Positions 26,619 to 38,811 of a DNA stretch of 64,000 nucleotides are shown here, in pieces. Each line of letters opens with the position of its first letter. Positions within the stretch are counted from its first letter, which is position 1. The notes beneath the pieces are model-generated. The model ran no database searches, had not been told where the DNA came from, and saw only the letters and a list, made by a program, of their open reading frames with translations. The stretch comes from Octopus sinensis (lineage: Eukaryota), in contig NC_042999.1 of assembly GCF_006345805.1 (NCBI RefSeq), forward strand, positions 105,772,001 to 105,836,000. Direction: 5' to 3'. The position numbers and the translations under genes were made by a program.

Positions 26619-27151
26619 TATATCCATAGGGTGGCGTGTATGGTTTATACATTTTTAACTTAGATTTATAATAGGTAAATATGGCAGGTGATGCACAGCT
26701 AAACGATATAATATATGCAAGTGTACTGAATTTCTGATGGGTAAGTTTGTCATGGGAGGTACTAGGAATATGTGAATCAGTATGAAAACTGGTTTCTTTT
26801 ATATTGGTGCCCATATGGAGAGTATATGTGTTTATTCAACATAAATGTAAAAGTAAGTATAAAATATGCATATCCTGTTAATGTATCCAGTATAAAATGT
26901 ATACATACATACACACACACACACACAAACATAGTACACACACACGCACATATATAATATATATATGCCAAGATGCATATACTTATATGTATATATGTAT
27001 GTGCACGTGTATGTGCATGAAAAGATTCACATACATATATGCATGTATTCACATATATATATATGCATAAATATATATATATATGAATATATATTTATAC
27101 ATATATATATATACATACACACATAAATATAAATTTATATTTAAATACATG

Positions 27152-27227
<76 letters not shown>

Positions 27228-27245
27228 GACCGTGTGTGTGTGTTT
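26529..27245. repeat. (TA)n, (CA)n and TA-rich low-complexity tracts
   Basis: Seen directly; a short unique spacer lies between them. Confidence 0.85.
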
Positions 27246-28169
27246 GTGTGTAAATATAAATATATTCACTCCTATCGTCGTGTGCTGTCTGAAGGTAACG
27301 ATAGGTGTGTCCGTTTCATTATTTTATTTCACATTCGTACCCTCTTGTAACCTGGGCGCTCTTATTACTACCTAGATTTTATTGAAGTATTTGGAAGCAT
27401 TCTGCTATTGATCGCTGGTTTGTAATGTAAAATAACATTAACAAGACATAAAGAAACACTAAACATTTTTATTGAGATTGTAAGAAGGGGAATTCATTAA
27501 TCAAATGTTAGCAAAATGCCGGCGCATTTTATATGCCACTGAAATCATCATGGAAAAATTTTGTTCTGATTCAATATTGTTGATACGAAACATAAAATGA
27601 AGTCATCAACTATGAAGCGTCCAAGAATATGATGATACTTGAAATTGAATGTTCACGCGAGGATAGTGGTATTTCAGAATATTCATTGCAAAGCAAAACA
27701 GAAGTTAACGATATATATGTGCTTGTGTGTGTTTGTATATGCGAGTGTGTGCATTTGCCTTAGTGCGTGTGTGAGTATGTGTGTGTTTGTATATGTGTAT
27801 ATTTGTGTGTGCGTTTTACGGTGTTCTCAAATAAGTAATGTCACTGGAATTTTATCTAAAATGCACTGTCAAAACAGAACTGCTTCCTAACTTATCCAAT
27901 TGAATTTAAATATATGATATAGGCTTGTTACTATGACCAATATATTGCTAAATAACGAACTTAACATAGCGGTCGCAACTGACTTTCTCTTCAAGTGCAG
28001 TGGTTAGATTCCACCAATATTTCTTTCTTTGCAAAAACAAACACACAAAAGAATGCTATGCTATTCTTTTGCATCCACATGAATGAAATTACATATCGAA
28101 TACATTTATACCTATATATTTGAGTGTGTGTGTATGTGTGTATATTTGTGTATGCCTCTGTGTGAGTGT

Positions 28170-28900
28170 GTAAGCATTTGCTTCTCAACTACATGGGTCT
28201 TTGTTCAGTCCTACTACGTGGGACCTTGGGCAAGTATATTCTACTATAGGCTCTGGCTGAAAAAAGCCTGTCGTATACACAGTCACACATACACATGTAC
28301 AGGTATTTATGTATATATTTAAGTGCATGTGTCTTTGTGCCTTTATCCCATCACCATCGTTTGATAACCGATGTTGGTATGTTTACGTCCAGGTTTCTCA
28401 GAAACCTGGACGTTATCAAAGAAGCTTGAGAGGCGGTTGGATGGAACCTACACTCGCCTCCTTATGAGAGCTCAAAATCTCTCGTGGAAGCGCCATCCAA
28501 CCAAAATGCAAATATATGGGAAACTACCACCTGTGTCATCTCTTGTGAAAGGTAGGAGAGTCCAGTTTGCTGGACATTGTTGTAGAGCTGAAAAAGAGGT
28601 ACTTTCTACTCTTCTCCTCTGGAAGCCATCTACTCGCAGTACCAGAGGGCGCACTCTCTCCTACCCTGATGTAATCTCCAGGGATACAGGCATCCAGCAA
28701 CAGGATCTCCGTAATGTCATGATTGACCGTGAAGTCTGGCGTAGCATGGTAAATTCCATTGTCTCGACCACGGTCGAACAATGATGATGTTTACGTCCCC
28801 GTAACTGGAGGCGATTTGTTCAGCTAAAACCCTCTAAGGGGGTGCTCCTGTATGGCCGCAGTGAAATGCTTGAAACAAGGAAAAGTATAATAGAATATAT
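28170..28900 (+). mobile_element. Octopus-type tRNA-derived SINE interrupted by an RTE insertion
   Basis: Head ..gttcagtcctactacgtgggaccttgggcaagt.., internal microsatellite, gataaccgatgttggtatgtttacgtcc | ccgtaact.., tail tatggccgcagtgaaatgcttgaaacaagg (same tail at 44570-44672). Confidence 0.75.
28391..28786 (+). mobile_element. 5'-truncated RTE-clade LINE, young
   Basis: Uninterrupted frame SETWTL..LDGTYTRLL..QFAGHC..DREVWR..*, short (TGA)n tail, 12-bp TSD ATGTTTACGTCC at 28379-28390 and 28787-28798. Confidence 0.92.
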
Positions 28901-28975
28901 ATATATATATTCATACATATTACATTTATACATATATATATACATATATATACAGATATATATATATATATATAC

Positions 28976-29006
<31 letters not shown>

Positions 29007-29008
29007 AC

Positions 29009-29170
29009 TGTTCACAATTCAGGGCGAATGAATTTAAGAATTTTCGCAAGATATACTCAACTGAATATATCACTACACCCCCATATCACCCAAGATCAAA
29101 GGGGCAAGCAGAAAGTTTCGTAGCTATATTTAAAAGAGCATTAAAGAAATCAAGAAAGGAGCTAATCGAT
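29009..29170 (+). pseudogene. Gypsy-type LTR retrotransposon integrase fragment
   Basis: SQFRANEFKNF..YITTPPYHPRSKGQAESFVAIFKRALKK matches the GxQF..TxPYHPxSNGxAER core. Confidence 0.85.
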
Positions 29171-29232
29171 GACACAGTGGGACTGAACCCTGAATCATGA
29201 GGCTGGTAAGCAAGCTACTTACCACACAGCTA
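29171..29232 (-). mobile_element. SINE tRNA-like head
   Basis: Reverse complement agtagctgtgtggtaagtagcttgcttacc..gggttcagtcccactgtg has A-box and B-box-like motifs. Confidence 0.75.
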
Positions 29233-29249
29233 CTACTACGCAGTAGTAG

Positions 29250-29720
29250 CAAAATGAATTGGAAAAATGACATATATGTTAAGAGGCGAAAATTGAGAAC
29301 ACAAGAGACATTTAAACCAGCTAAAAAACAGATATACGGAAAAAATGAAATACACGTGGAAGTGTTCTATGACATCCGTGATATTACAATGCCACAAGTA
29401 ATAGAACCTAGAAGTAGGAGCACAAGAAAGAGGAGCGAAACAGAACGGCTAGAAGTAGTGCCTAAACGGAAGAGATATTAAACTTCCCTAGGATGAAAAT
29501 CTCAAAAAGGAGATGTGATGAAAGAAAAAAAAACAATAATGACTTCCAAAGCAAGTCAATCTCAAAGGAGGAGATTTTGTAGAGATAGCCATTGACACGC
29601 ATGGGAGATTGATAGAACAGACTAGCCAATCTCTTATAAATACTAGTGTATTGGTGGAGATGAAATTGAGGTAGGAATCGTTGAGAAGGTGTTTTGGAGT
29701 CTCGCGAAGTACGTCATGTG
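29250..29720 (+). mobile_element. Gypsy pol C-terminus, polypurine tract and start of 3' LTR
   Basis: ..EVFYDI..RSTRKRSETERLEVVPKRKRY*, PPT aaaaaggaga (29504-29513), then TG at 29514. Confidence 0.65.
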
Positions 29721-30704
29721 AACACATTTATTTTACCTCCACATCGTTAAATTATATATCTAACCTTTGTCTAGTATATAAAAATATCCAATCCTATTTT
29801 CAGCATGAATCGACAATATGCATTTCTTCTAAAAAAATATTTACATATTGTAAGCGCATTACCCTAATTAATTACTTAACATTAGGCATATTCATATCAA
29901 CTATGCGTAATGACTAAACATCCATTCTTGCTGCACCTTGAAATTTAAAATCGATAAAATCCTGACATTAATTTCACATTAAACAAAATACTTGTCATAA
30001 CACTGAAATAATTCTGCAATACATAGTATCATATATATCATCGGAACAGAACGCACACAGTCGCTACAATATGTCATTTTAAAAAAAGTTTGCAGATTAA
30101 AAAACCGAAAACGTAAAAGAAAAGAGAAGACTTAAGAGGGGAATTAGAGTTATGTCCCCTTTGACTGTAAAATCATAAGGCTGAAAGGATAGTGGCCGAG
30201 TGTCTCTGAGTACAACTACTACTCAATCCGGAAAGGGTGTTACTTGCCAATTCGTCAACAGGAACCTATTCATATGTTTTCAACTGCTAAATATTTCAGA
30301 TCAACAATTCATCAGTGCATTAGTGTTCTTACATCCGAAAAGAATTTGTACTTTTTAACTACGCATAGATTACATTTCTGTGAAGATCTGTTGACATGCG
30401 ATGTGGACTTTTTAGCTATTTTCCACTATATTGTAGGTGCCATGATGCTAGGCTTCAAATGCCATACGTGGCTAGCCAATTTAATGGCTATACTTTTATG
30501 CCTGTGTCGGAAGAAAGATATGTAGTGAGCATAGCGAATTTTAAAGCCGCTTTTACTTAGCCCGACGTAGCTCTTATTCTCTGTTATGTTATCATCTCGC
30601 GTTACTGTAATTCTGCCTCACATATGATGGATTTAATTATGCATGCCCCAGTTGACAGTTACAACTGACGTTAGGCTCTTGGTGGCATCTGTGTGTAATG
30701 ATGC

Positions 30705-31225
30705 ATTTTATATTGAAGCAGCAGCTATAAGTAATTCAACTAAGCATCTTTCGAAAACGTTTCTAGGAGAGGCAGGAACCTTTTACATATATTGGTTTTA
30801 GCATTAAGAGGAATTGGGGAGGCGTACCAAATTATTCGCCTAGGTCTATTTTTATTATTCATATCATTATTAGAGAGATTATATATATTAATTTTGCCTT
30901 AAATCCACTATTTGTTAGGGCATTGTAGCAGTAGGTGGCTGCCTTCTCGAAAATGCTTTCAGAGGAAAAATGGTTAGATACACGGTTACTAATGTTGTCT
31001 ATCAGATTGATATATACTATGGGTGGGGGCGACGGGATTCTTTGTGTATATAGGAAAGTTCCACGTTGGGCTTATGGTCAGGTTTATAAGAGGGAGAGTT
31101 TACCTCTAGGGAAACATGTAAGGAATCGACTTTAGACAGATTAGTAGCGACTGTGATTTTAAAGCCTAATTGACTAAAGGTAGATGTAAGTTGTTAACCT
31201 AAATTTATCTAGGGTGTGACCGTCA
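30705..31225 (-). pseudogene. Penelope-like element RT relic
   Basis: QLGFKITVATNLSKVDSLHVSL..YKPDHKPN..YIHKES..NALTNSGFK..RRIIWYASP..KTNICKRFL matches the PLE pattern LKIT..V.FLDV.L..YKPY.KPN..SNHPP..IIWFNPP. Confidence 0.8.
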
Positions 31226-31739
31226 CAGGTATGTGGAATACCGAATCTATCAGTACTGTGATACGATACATCAAACAATTCATCATAATCGGACTTTCGT
31301 ACCTATGTTGTGTCCCTATTAAACAGTAGTGTTTTTCTCATATGCATGATAAAGTCTAGGTCTACAGTGTCTACAGAAACATATGATTTAGAAAACTCGA
31401 TGACTTTATGAGAAGCGATCTCGATATGGAGGGATACAAATGACTATTCCATTCCAGGTAGATTTCAAGAATAAAATATATCCTTGATTGTCATGAACAA
31501 ACAGAAAAACCGATTATTGTGAATTGTTACCAACGACAAAAATGGAAGTCGGCAATTCTCTATAAAATTTCAGCTCACTATTGCAAAGTATTTTGCCCAA
31601 ATTAGAACAACTATTATACTACGCCATATAGTAAACCATTCTATACTAAATCGAAGCATGGTGATGGCAAATTCGTTTTCGGTTCGGAAAATGACCTTGC
31701 ATTATTCATTCTGGTTCTTTATATTTATATGCTTAGATC

Positions 31740-31952
31740 TTTTTTCTTCTTCTTGTTACAGCATTCACCCGGGGTGGGTTGAGCTGGCTTCATTCATCTT
31801 CAATGCTGCATTTCTCACAAACGCCGACCAGGCCTGGCGATTTGAGGCTAACGACTGCGTGATCTCCAACCACTCCTTATTCCAGCGGCGAACGCCGTAG
31901 ATATGATGGCCTAAGTTGGGTTCCAGATCAGCCTTGACTGTCATCAGCCAAG
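31740..31952 (-). mobile_element. Second RTE-like LINE 3' end
   Basis: WLMTVKADLE..YGVRRWNKEWLEITQSLASNRQAWSAFVR..*, (AAG)n/A tail, 11-bp TSD ATGCTTAGATC at 31729-31739 and 31953-31963. Confidence 0.85.
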
Positions 31953-33734
31953 ATGCTTAGATCAAATCCTACCGGGTTCGATATAATTCTTTCGACAGGT
32001 AAAATTAAAATATTAGCCAACTACCGTGCTCAATCGACGGAATCTAATTCTATCCGCTTTTTTATATATGACCTTTTGCTTAACACAGTAAATCAAACCC
32101 ACTACTTTTCCGTAATGTTACAGAAATATTTAATGACTTACTCAAGGGTAAACAAATTGCATATTATAACCAAGTTGAAAATAATTCTTCTGCTTAATCC
32201 CATTTTCATTTGGTGGATAAGAATTAATTTACAAAAATTTCTTCGGTTGTATTAATTAATATTCCCGTTAACGTTCTTACATTTATTGTTGATTTTTACT
32301 TTCTGGATAAAAAAGAAATAAGGAAATTTAAATCCATATTTTTAATTATCTAATTGCAAAGAATATCTCCTGGCATTTTGGAAAGAAAACATTCTCTCAG
32401 AATATATTAAGTTAATCAAATAAATATTTTGTCATGGATGTATTAGTTTCTTTTTAATGTTGAGAAGGTTCATTTATGAGAAAAATACAGTTTCAGAAAG
32501 TTCGTGAATTTAAATGAAATAGTAAATTGATTTATTAAAGTGCCAGTTTTTGGATTGATGGTTATGAAGTTGCATCATGACGTAGGTGTTATGTTATATT
32601 GCCTTTAGCAAATGCGCTTCATTATCGTTCACTTGGTTGAATGTAAATCATAAAATGAAACAAACATAAGAGACAATCGTCCATCTGCCAAAATTTGAAA
32701 TTCGCAAATTATACTTTATCAACTGTGTCACGACGACTTGCATTATTTTAAAGTCGTAGTTGTTGTTTACTTTTCCACTTGCACACGACATGAAAACTCG
32801 TTAGATATTAAATGAATGGATATGTTGGGGAATTTAGGATACGAACAATCTTTATAGTATAAATGGACAGAAAAATGCGTGCCGTCTATAAAATTATAAG
32901 TAGCATATATATCGGCTTTAAAGCATATATATCGGCTTTAAACATCACACGCCATCTAAATGTTTGACCTTCTTTTGCATATATATTTATCGCCTAATCT
33001 AAAGTTTTGGGTTTGTAGAGTCCCATTATGTGTTGATGTATTGTAATGTTCTGCCCATTGAAACCTTTCAATTAAAAGTGCCTACATAGTTTATTAAGAA
33101 ACGCTTTTATATTTACGAGGTAGCACATTGAAATAACGACCGAGCCAAACAAAACCTGTTACCGAGGTACAAAATAACACGCTAAAGATTTCTAAAACAT
33201 CGACTACCCTGTAGAAGAAAGGCATATGTTATTATGATGATATTTCTATAAATATTGTCTTCTTGAAACAAAAGTGGTAGAACTAGTGTTCGTTACTCAT
33301 GTGAACAAGATCCTCTCATCTCGATATTTTGAGCTTGTATTTTATCCAAATCGCTTCCAGTTTCTCGTATTACTTGACGTAATTCACCTGTAATCATAAT
33401 CGTATGACTCAGAAATTCAATTACTGTATATTATACTGTAGACGCAACAGAGTGAAAATCTTTCATTGGAATCATTTAACACGGCCGATTGTAACTGTCT
33501 GATAATTTCAAACTCCATTTTTATAATTTTTTAATGACGAAGCAGACACCCTACAATTTTATCAATTATGTATACCCACGCAGGTGCTTTCATTCACTGG
33601 GCGCATTTAGATTCAAGGAAAATGATAACAGCGTTTCGGTGAGAGGCTAATCAAGATAAAAGTGTATCCATTACAGATACTGACATGTGTAAGTATATAT
33701 CTCTTATAAACGTATATACATACATACATCTATA

Positions 33735-34608
33735 CACGAGGTCTGATAAATAAGTAACAGCAGTGTTACCATAATAATGAAGCTAAAGCACGCAGAGTAA
33801 AGCCACTTGGCACAGTCACTTTGAACATTGTTGTACATATTCACTAAGTTTTAACGTTCTACCTTTTACAGCAGTGCTCGGAAGGAAGGAGCGTGATCGT
33901 CGCATTGACCATTACAGAGAAAATTGTCATGACGATGCCTGCTCCAAAGTCTACGTAAGGTTGCAGAATGTCTATGGAGCGGGGTGTATGAGCTGCACAC
34001 AAGTGTATAAGTGGTTCAAACATTTCCAAGATTGCCGAAAAAATGTCGATATTGACGAACGTTCTGTGATAGATGCAACCAACATAAATGAGAAATCATC
34101 ACAGATGTGCGTGCAGATGTGAGGGGAAATCGTCGAATCCCCATTCGTGAGTTATCAGAGGAGGTACAGATTAGTTACGGTTCGGTTCAGTCCATTATCA
34201 CTGATGATGTGGGTATGAGACGCATGTCTGCAAAGTTCGTGCCAAATCTGCTTTCAGCTGACCAAACAGACACTCGGGTTTCACTTTCACTAGATCTCCT
34301 TGATTGCGTCGGGGTCAATGAAAACTTTTTGAAAACTTTGCGTAGGCCTCTGAGCAGATACTGCCAAGATTACAGCAAACTTTTACGCAGATTCCATGCT
34401 CAGCTTTCTCTATCATTGTCAATGCGACGGTCACACGCTACACACCTTTCTTCCAAGCATTGCTGTAAACAGCAGAAGTGATCTTGATCGTAAAAACATT
34501 GTGCACACGCACAACCAGGTGAAAGGTCTATCTGAGCCAAGTGGCTGTACACTACATGCTTCAGCTTCGTTACAAGGGGAACAGTCCCGATACTTATTGA
34601 TCAAAGCT
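33735..34608 (+). mobile_element. Internally deleted mariner transposon
   Basis: Imperfect TIRs (cacgaggtctgataaataagta / tacttattgatcaaagct) flanked by TA; HTH region VYGAGCMSCTQVYKWFKHF..RRIPIRELSEEVQISYGSVQSI..SAKFVPNLL; catalytic domain missing. Confidence 0.88.
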
Positions 34609-34609
34609 T

Positions 34610-34657
34610 ATATATATACATATACATACATACATGCATACATACATACATACATAA

Positions 34658-34728
<71 letters not shown>
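34610..34728. repeat. (TACA)n(CA)n(TA)n microsatellite
   Basis: Seen directly. Confidence 0.95.
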
Positions 34729-34789
34729 CACTAGCAAAGAGATATCCGACCTTGCTCGGGAATAAAATGGCATACATTTTTATTTATTT

Positions 34790-36299
34790 ATTTAGTTAGT
34801 TAGTTAGTCCGCAACCCGGACGGAGAAAGCTCCTCTCCTTCGATTGAGATGAAATCGTCGCAGGTAGAGCTTTTCGGAATGACCCCGCTGCCGACGCTCT
34901 GGAGCAGGAGTGAAGAACATCTCTTTCAAGAGGTTACACTTTCCGCTTATGATGCTGTGGGCGAGAATGAGATCACCACGGCGACGGCGTTTTTCTAGAG
35001 AATAAAGGTCGAGCGTCCTCAGCCTTTCTTCATAGGACAAATTTTTGAGACCATGAATCATGCGGGTACCCAGCTTCTGGACTCTTTCGAGATGCTGTAT
35101 GTCTTTGAGGAGATAAGGAGAAGAGGCTTGAATCCCGTATTCCAATATGGGTCTCACCAGCGTGACATAGAGTGGTAGGAATATGGCTGCTGTGAGCAGC
35201 CATAGAACAGAATCCCGCGTGCTTTGTTGGCAGCATGGACGCACTGGGCCGAAGGCGAAAAGGAGGAATCCACCAAGATACCCAGGTCCTTTACCTGATC
35301 GGTCCTCTCCAGCAGCAGACGACCCGGCCCGAAATCAAGTTGAGTTGCAGGAGGAGAGCCAACAGGCAGATGACAGCACTTTGACACGTTCAGACACAGG
35401 TCCCATTCGTTAGACCACCTCCAAATTTGGTGGAGGCATCGACGAAGATCCTCTATATTACCGCGAGGAGCAACCAGTTTGACATCGTCGGCAAATAGAA
35501 GGGTGTGTTGCGTGAGGTCGTCGGGCAAGTCATTTATGAAGACTAAGAACAATAAGGGCCCAAGCACTGAACCTTGAGGCACGCCACTGCTCGCACTGGA
35601 GACGTCGGACCGCGAACCATTAACTTGAACTTGGAAGGAGCGATCTGAGAGGATGGCACCAACCCATCGTACAATATCCGGATGGAAACTATATGCTTGA
35701 AGCTTGACAAGTAATAGGCGGTGGTTTACCGAGTCAAAAGCTTTGGCAAAGTCCAATAAAACGATGTCAACAGCATCACTATCATCGAGGATGCGCGTCA
35801 CCAATTCTTCCATTACCAGTAAGTTGGTCAAGCATGATCTCTTCGGCACGAAGCCGTGTTGGGAATCAGAGATGGAGGCTGTGTTTTGGAGGTGGAGCAT
35901 CATACTTTTCTTAAGGATGGTTTCGAACATCTTGCTGATTATTGATGTAAGGGAAGCCGGTCGGTAGTTAAGCGGGTCTTCGCGGCTCCCTTTCTTGAAA
36001 ATTTGGCAGATTATCGCTGTTCTCCAGTCCGCAGGTATAACACCTGTCGCCAATGACATATTGAATAGACGTGTTAAGGGCTCGCAGATGACCGGAGCCA
36101 ACGCTTTGATAGCCCGTGGGTGTAAGCCGTCAGGGCCGTGACCCTTGTTGACATCGAGGCCTTGAATAACACGTTTGACTTCGTCCCGCGTGATGACCAA
36201 TCGAAGCATTGGAGGTGCCGATCTATCAAATGGAGGGGGTTTACGACCGTCATCTTGTTTGAAAATAGTTGAAAAAGCCTCGGCAAGTTTTACTTGTTT
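34790..36299 (-). mobile_element. 5'-truncated CR1-clade LINE (RT and C-terminal region)
   Basis: 351-aa ORF with GPDG, NYRPASLTS, QHGF, DFAKAFD, GVPQGSVLGPLLF, FADD; one frameshift near 35200, then LVRPILEY..LERVQ..RRRGDLI; (CTAA)n(TAAA)n tail. Confidence 0.95.
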
Positions 36300-37492
36300 C
36301 TATATATAACTATATTCTTGTTTTATAATAAAATTGCATTCTACAGTAATATAGTTTAACCCCTCAGATTAATGGAAAATTGTTTTTTTTGTAACGAACC
36401 ATACACGCACAGACACGTACACACATGTATATGGCAAAAATGATTACGATTCAGTTAAATAAGGTACTTAAGTCGATGCCATACTTTAGTCCGGTATTAA
36501 CCGCAAAGATCGAAGTAAGATGAATAAAAAGCAAATAAGTAACAAGGATGTCAAAGTATTAATGTAATAGAGCCGTTTCAGGCGGCTCCATTTAATCGAA
36601 CCATGCACGGATTTCATCAATTTGAAGTACAGCGCCATGTTCAGTTGCAAAATACAAAAAATTTAAGTCAGGATATTCCATTATAATTCAATTCAAAACA
36701 ATGTAAATAGTATCCGTAAGATTGCATATCAAGTTTCAATACAATTGACTGATATCTTGCGGTTCCGCATTGACTATAATGAGAACGGGACTGTTAACGT
36801 TTCTCCAGTGCGGCTGCAACGGTCAATGCGCGTGGACGAACGTCGTACATGTGTGAAGTTTTCTGCTTTTTTACCTTGAATTTCGGCCATTGTATTAAAA
36901 TTAATGATCATGTAAAATTTAGTGTTGTTTACATTTAATGTTGTTTGCATTTAGTGATGACTCATAAGCCAATAATTCGTCATTATATTGAATGTCCAAA
37001 ATTTGGTGCTCCATGTGATCTTAGTGAGCGTGTTTTCCCAACTTACATGGATGTACTAAAATGTGTTTTATTTGAATGAGAAAAAAAATTAATGTAGTCA
37101 AGAAACATCCTTCAATTAAACAAACTGTCAAGATTGTACAAGAAAAGATAATCCTTCTTTCGCAAAAGACATCCATCCGTTGTTTTTACTTCGAGTCAGT
37201 TAAACCGAAAATCTTAAATTTTTATCTGAAGTACCAAGCATCACTAAAATCTGTGGAAAATAGACATAAATTTGTGCCATCGTTTCAAAGAAAGTGTAAT
37301 GTATTTAAAAACAATGCAACAAAAATTTACTTGACAGTTCCTGTTGCAAGTGCAACTCCTTTAAAGGCTACAGTTGTTGTAGAGGCAAAAAGGTACCACA
37401 GAGAGAACAAGATGTTTTACAGTATCAACGGACAAATCTAAAACGATCATTGGCGGAATAGATCAAGAAGTATCTAAACAGAACGTTCAGAG

Positions 37493-37589
37493 TACATTAT
37501 TTATATTATTTACATTTGACGGATATCTATTAAGCAACAACTACAGAAACATACTATTATTATTATCATTATTATTATTATTGTTATCC

Positions 37590-37668
<79 letters not shown>

Positions 37669-37715
37669 CATATCATTATTATTATTATTTTATTATTATT
37701 ATTACTATTATTAAT

Positions 37716-37768
<53 letters not shown>

Positions 37769-37987
37769 CAACAACATCTAAAACTACCTTAGGAATGAGA
37801 ACCCAGGTTTGCAATTTCCTCAAGACACCTGATGAAGGCTGGAGCGTATATCAGCCGAAAATTTGTGTTAACAACAAAGATGAGGACAAATACCCGTAAA
37901 ATTTAAATAATGTAAATAATGTACATAATTCCTCATCTCTTAAATATATAACTGTATAATTCCTCTTCTTTCAAATATAGAACTGTA
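37493..37987 (+). mobile_element. TSD-bounded, non-coding PLE-type insertion carrying a hammerhead ribozyme
   Basis: 13-bp direct repeat AGAACGTTCAGAG at 37480-37492 and 37988-38000. Contents: inverted tail fragment, (ATT)n(AAT)n, forward terminal-repeat-like segment, 31-bp terminal duplication. Confidence 0.82.
37825..37868 (+). ncRNA. Minimal type I hammerhead ribozyme, core intact
   Basis: ACAC-CUGAUGA-A-[GGCUGG agcguaua UCAGCC]-GAAA-A-U-UU-GUGU: stem I ACAC/GUGU, loopless self-complementary stem III (AAUU), UUU cleavage triplet. Confidence 0.75.
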
Positions 37988-38579
37988 AGAACGTTCAGAG
38001 GTTGATTAGAAAGAATCGGGCAGATCGTAGTCGCCCTTCTATGTCAGCAAAGATTTTCGGTTTAACTCACTCAATCGTAACACAAGGGTTAGATGACTTT
38101 CGTCAAAGAAGAATTACTTTTATGCTACAATATTTACAATTTGTTTAATTTACTTTAATGTGTGTGTAATCTAGACATCATGTAACACATATATTCGGTG
38201 ACCTAGTATTAAAAATGATAAAGAAAACAAAATCGCAAAGTCTGTTTGTTTCACATAATTTCAAAATTTCAAGTACGTTGCGGAGCCTGAAGCTATAACT
38301 TTTAAGAGCTTAAAACTGTAACACTGTTGTTTTGAAATGATTGCACACAGGAAAATTGATTTCTAACCATGAATGTAAAAGCAAAATGAGCAACGGCAAA
38401 TATAAATTGATATTTCGGTCATCATTCAAAATTTCAAGTGGCTGCGAAGCCTGAACATGGAAATTTAAGAACTTCAGATTTTTAAAAAATATATTCCGAA
38501 AAACATATTTCGAAGATCTGTGCAAAGTGAACCTTTTTCGCTCCACCCTAATATATATCATTATACATATGTACGTACC

Positions 38580-38587
38580 TATGAATG

Positions 38588-38621
<34 letters not shown>

Positions 38622-38730
38622 TGTATGTATGTATGTATGTATGTATGTATGTATGTATGTATGTATGTGTGTATGTATGTATGTACTTATGTATGTATGT
38701 ATGTAGGTAGGTATGTATTTATGCATGTAT
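38580..38730. repeat. (TATG)n microsatellite
   Basis: Seen directly. Confidence 0.95.
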
Positions 38731-38811
38731 GTATAGTTTCTACATTTGAGTGATGAGGTATTATGTACATTATTTACATTTCACGGATGTTATCGATGAC
38801 CTCCTCATCTG

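Noticed and set aside
32902-32941. 20-bp direct tandem duplication
   Set aside because: Ordinary replication slippage.
34730-34790. ctagcaaagagatatccgaccttgctcggg, resembling a non-autonomous Helitron end
   Set aside because: Too short, and no matching other terminus was found beyond the CR1 insertion.
34791-34807. (TTAG)n as a telomere-like repeat
   Set aside because: Only four units, not TTAGG or TTAGGG, and it is the tail of the CR1 element.
37076-37441. 121-aa Lys-rich ORF
   Set aside because: Composition follows the A-rich DNA; no motif or splice support.
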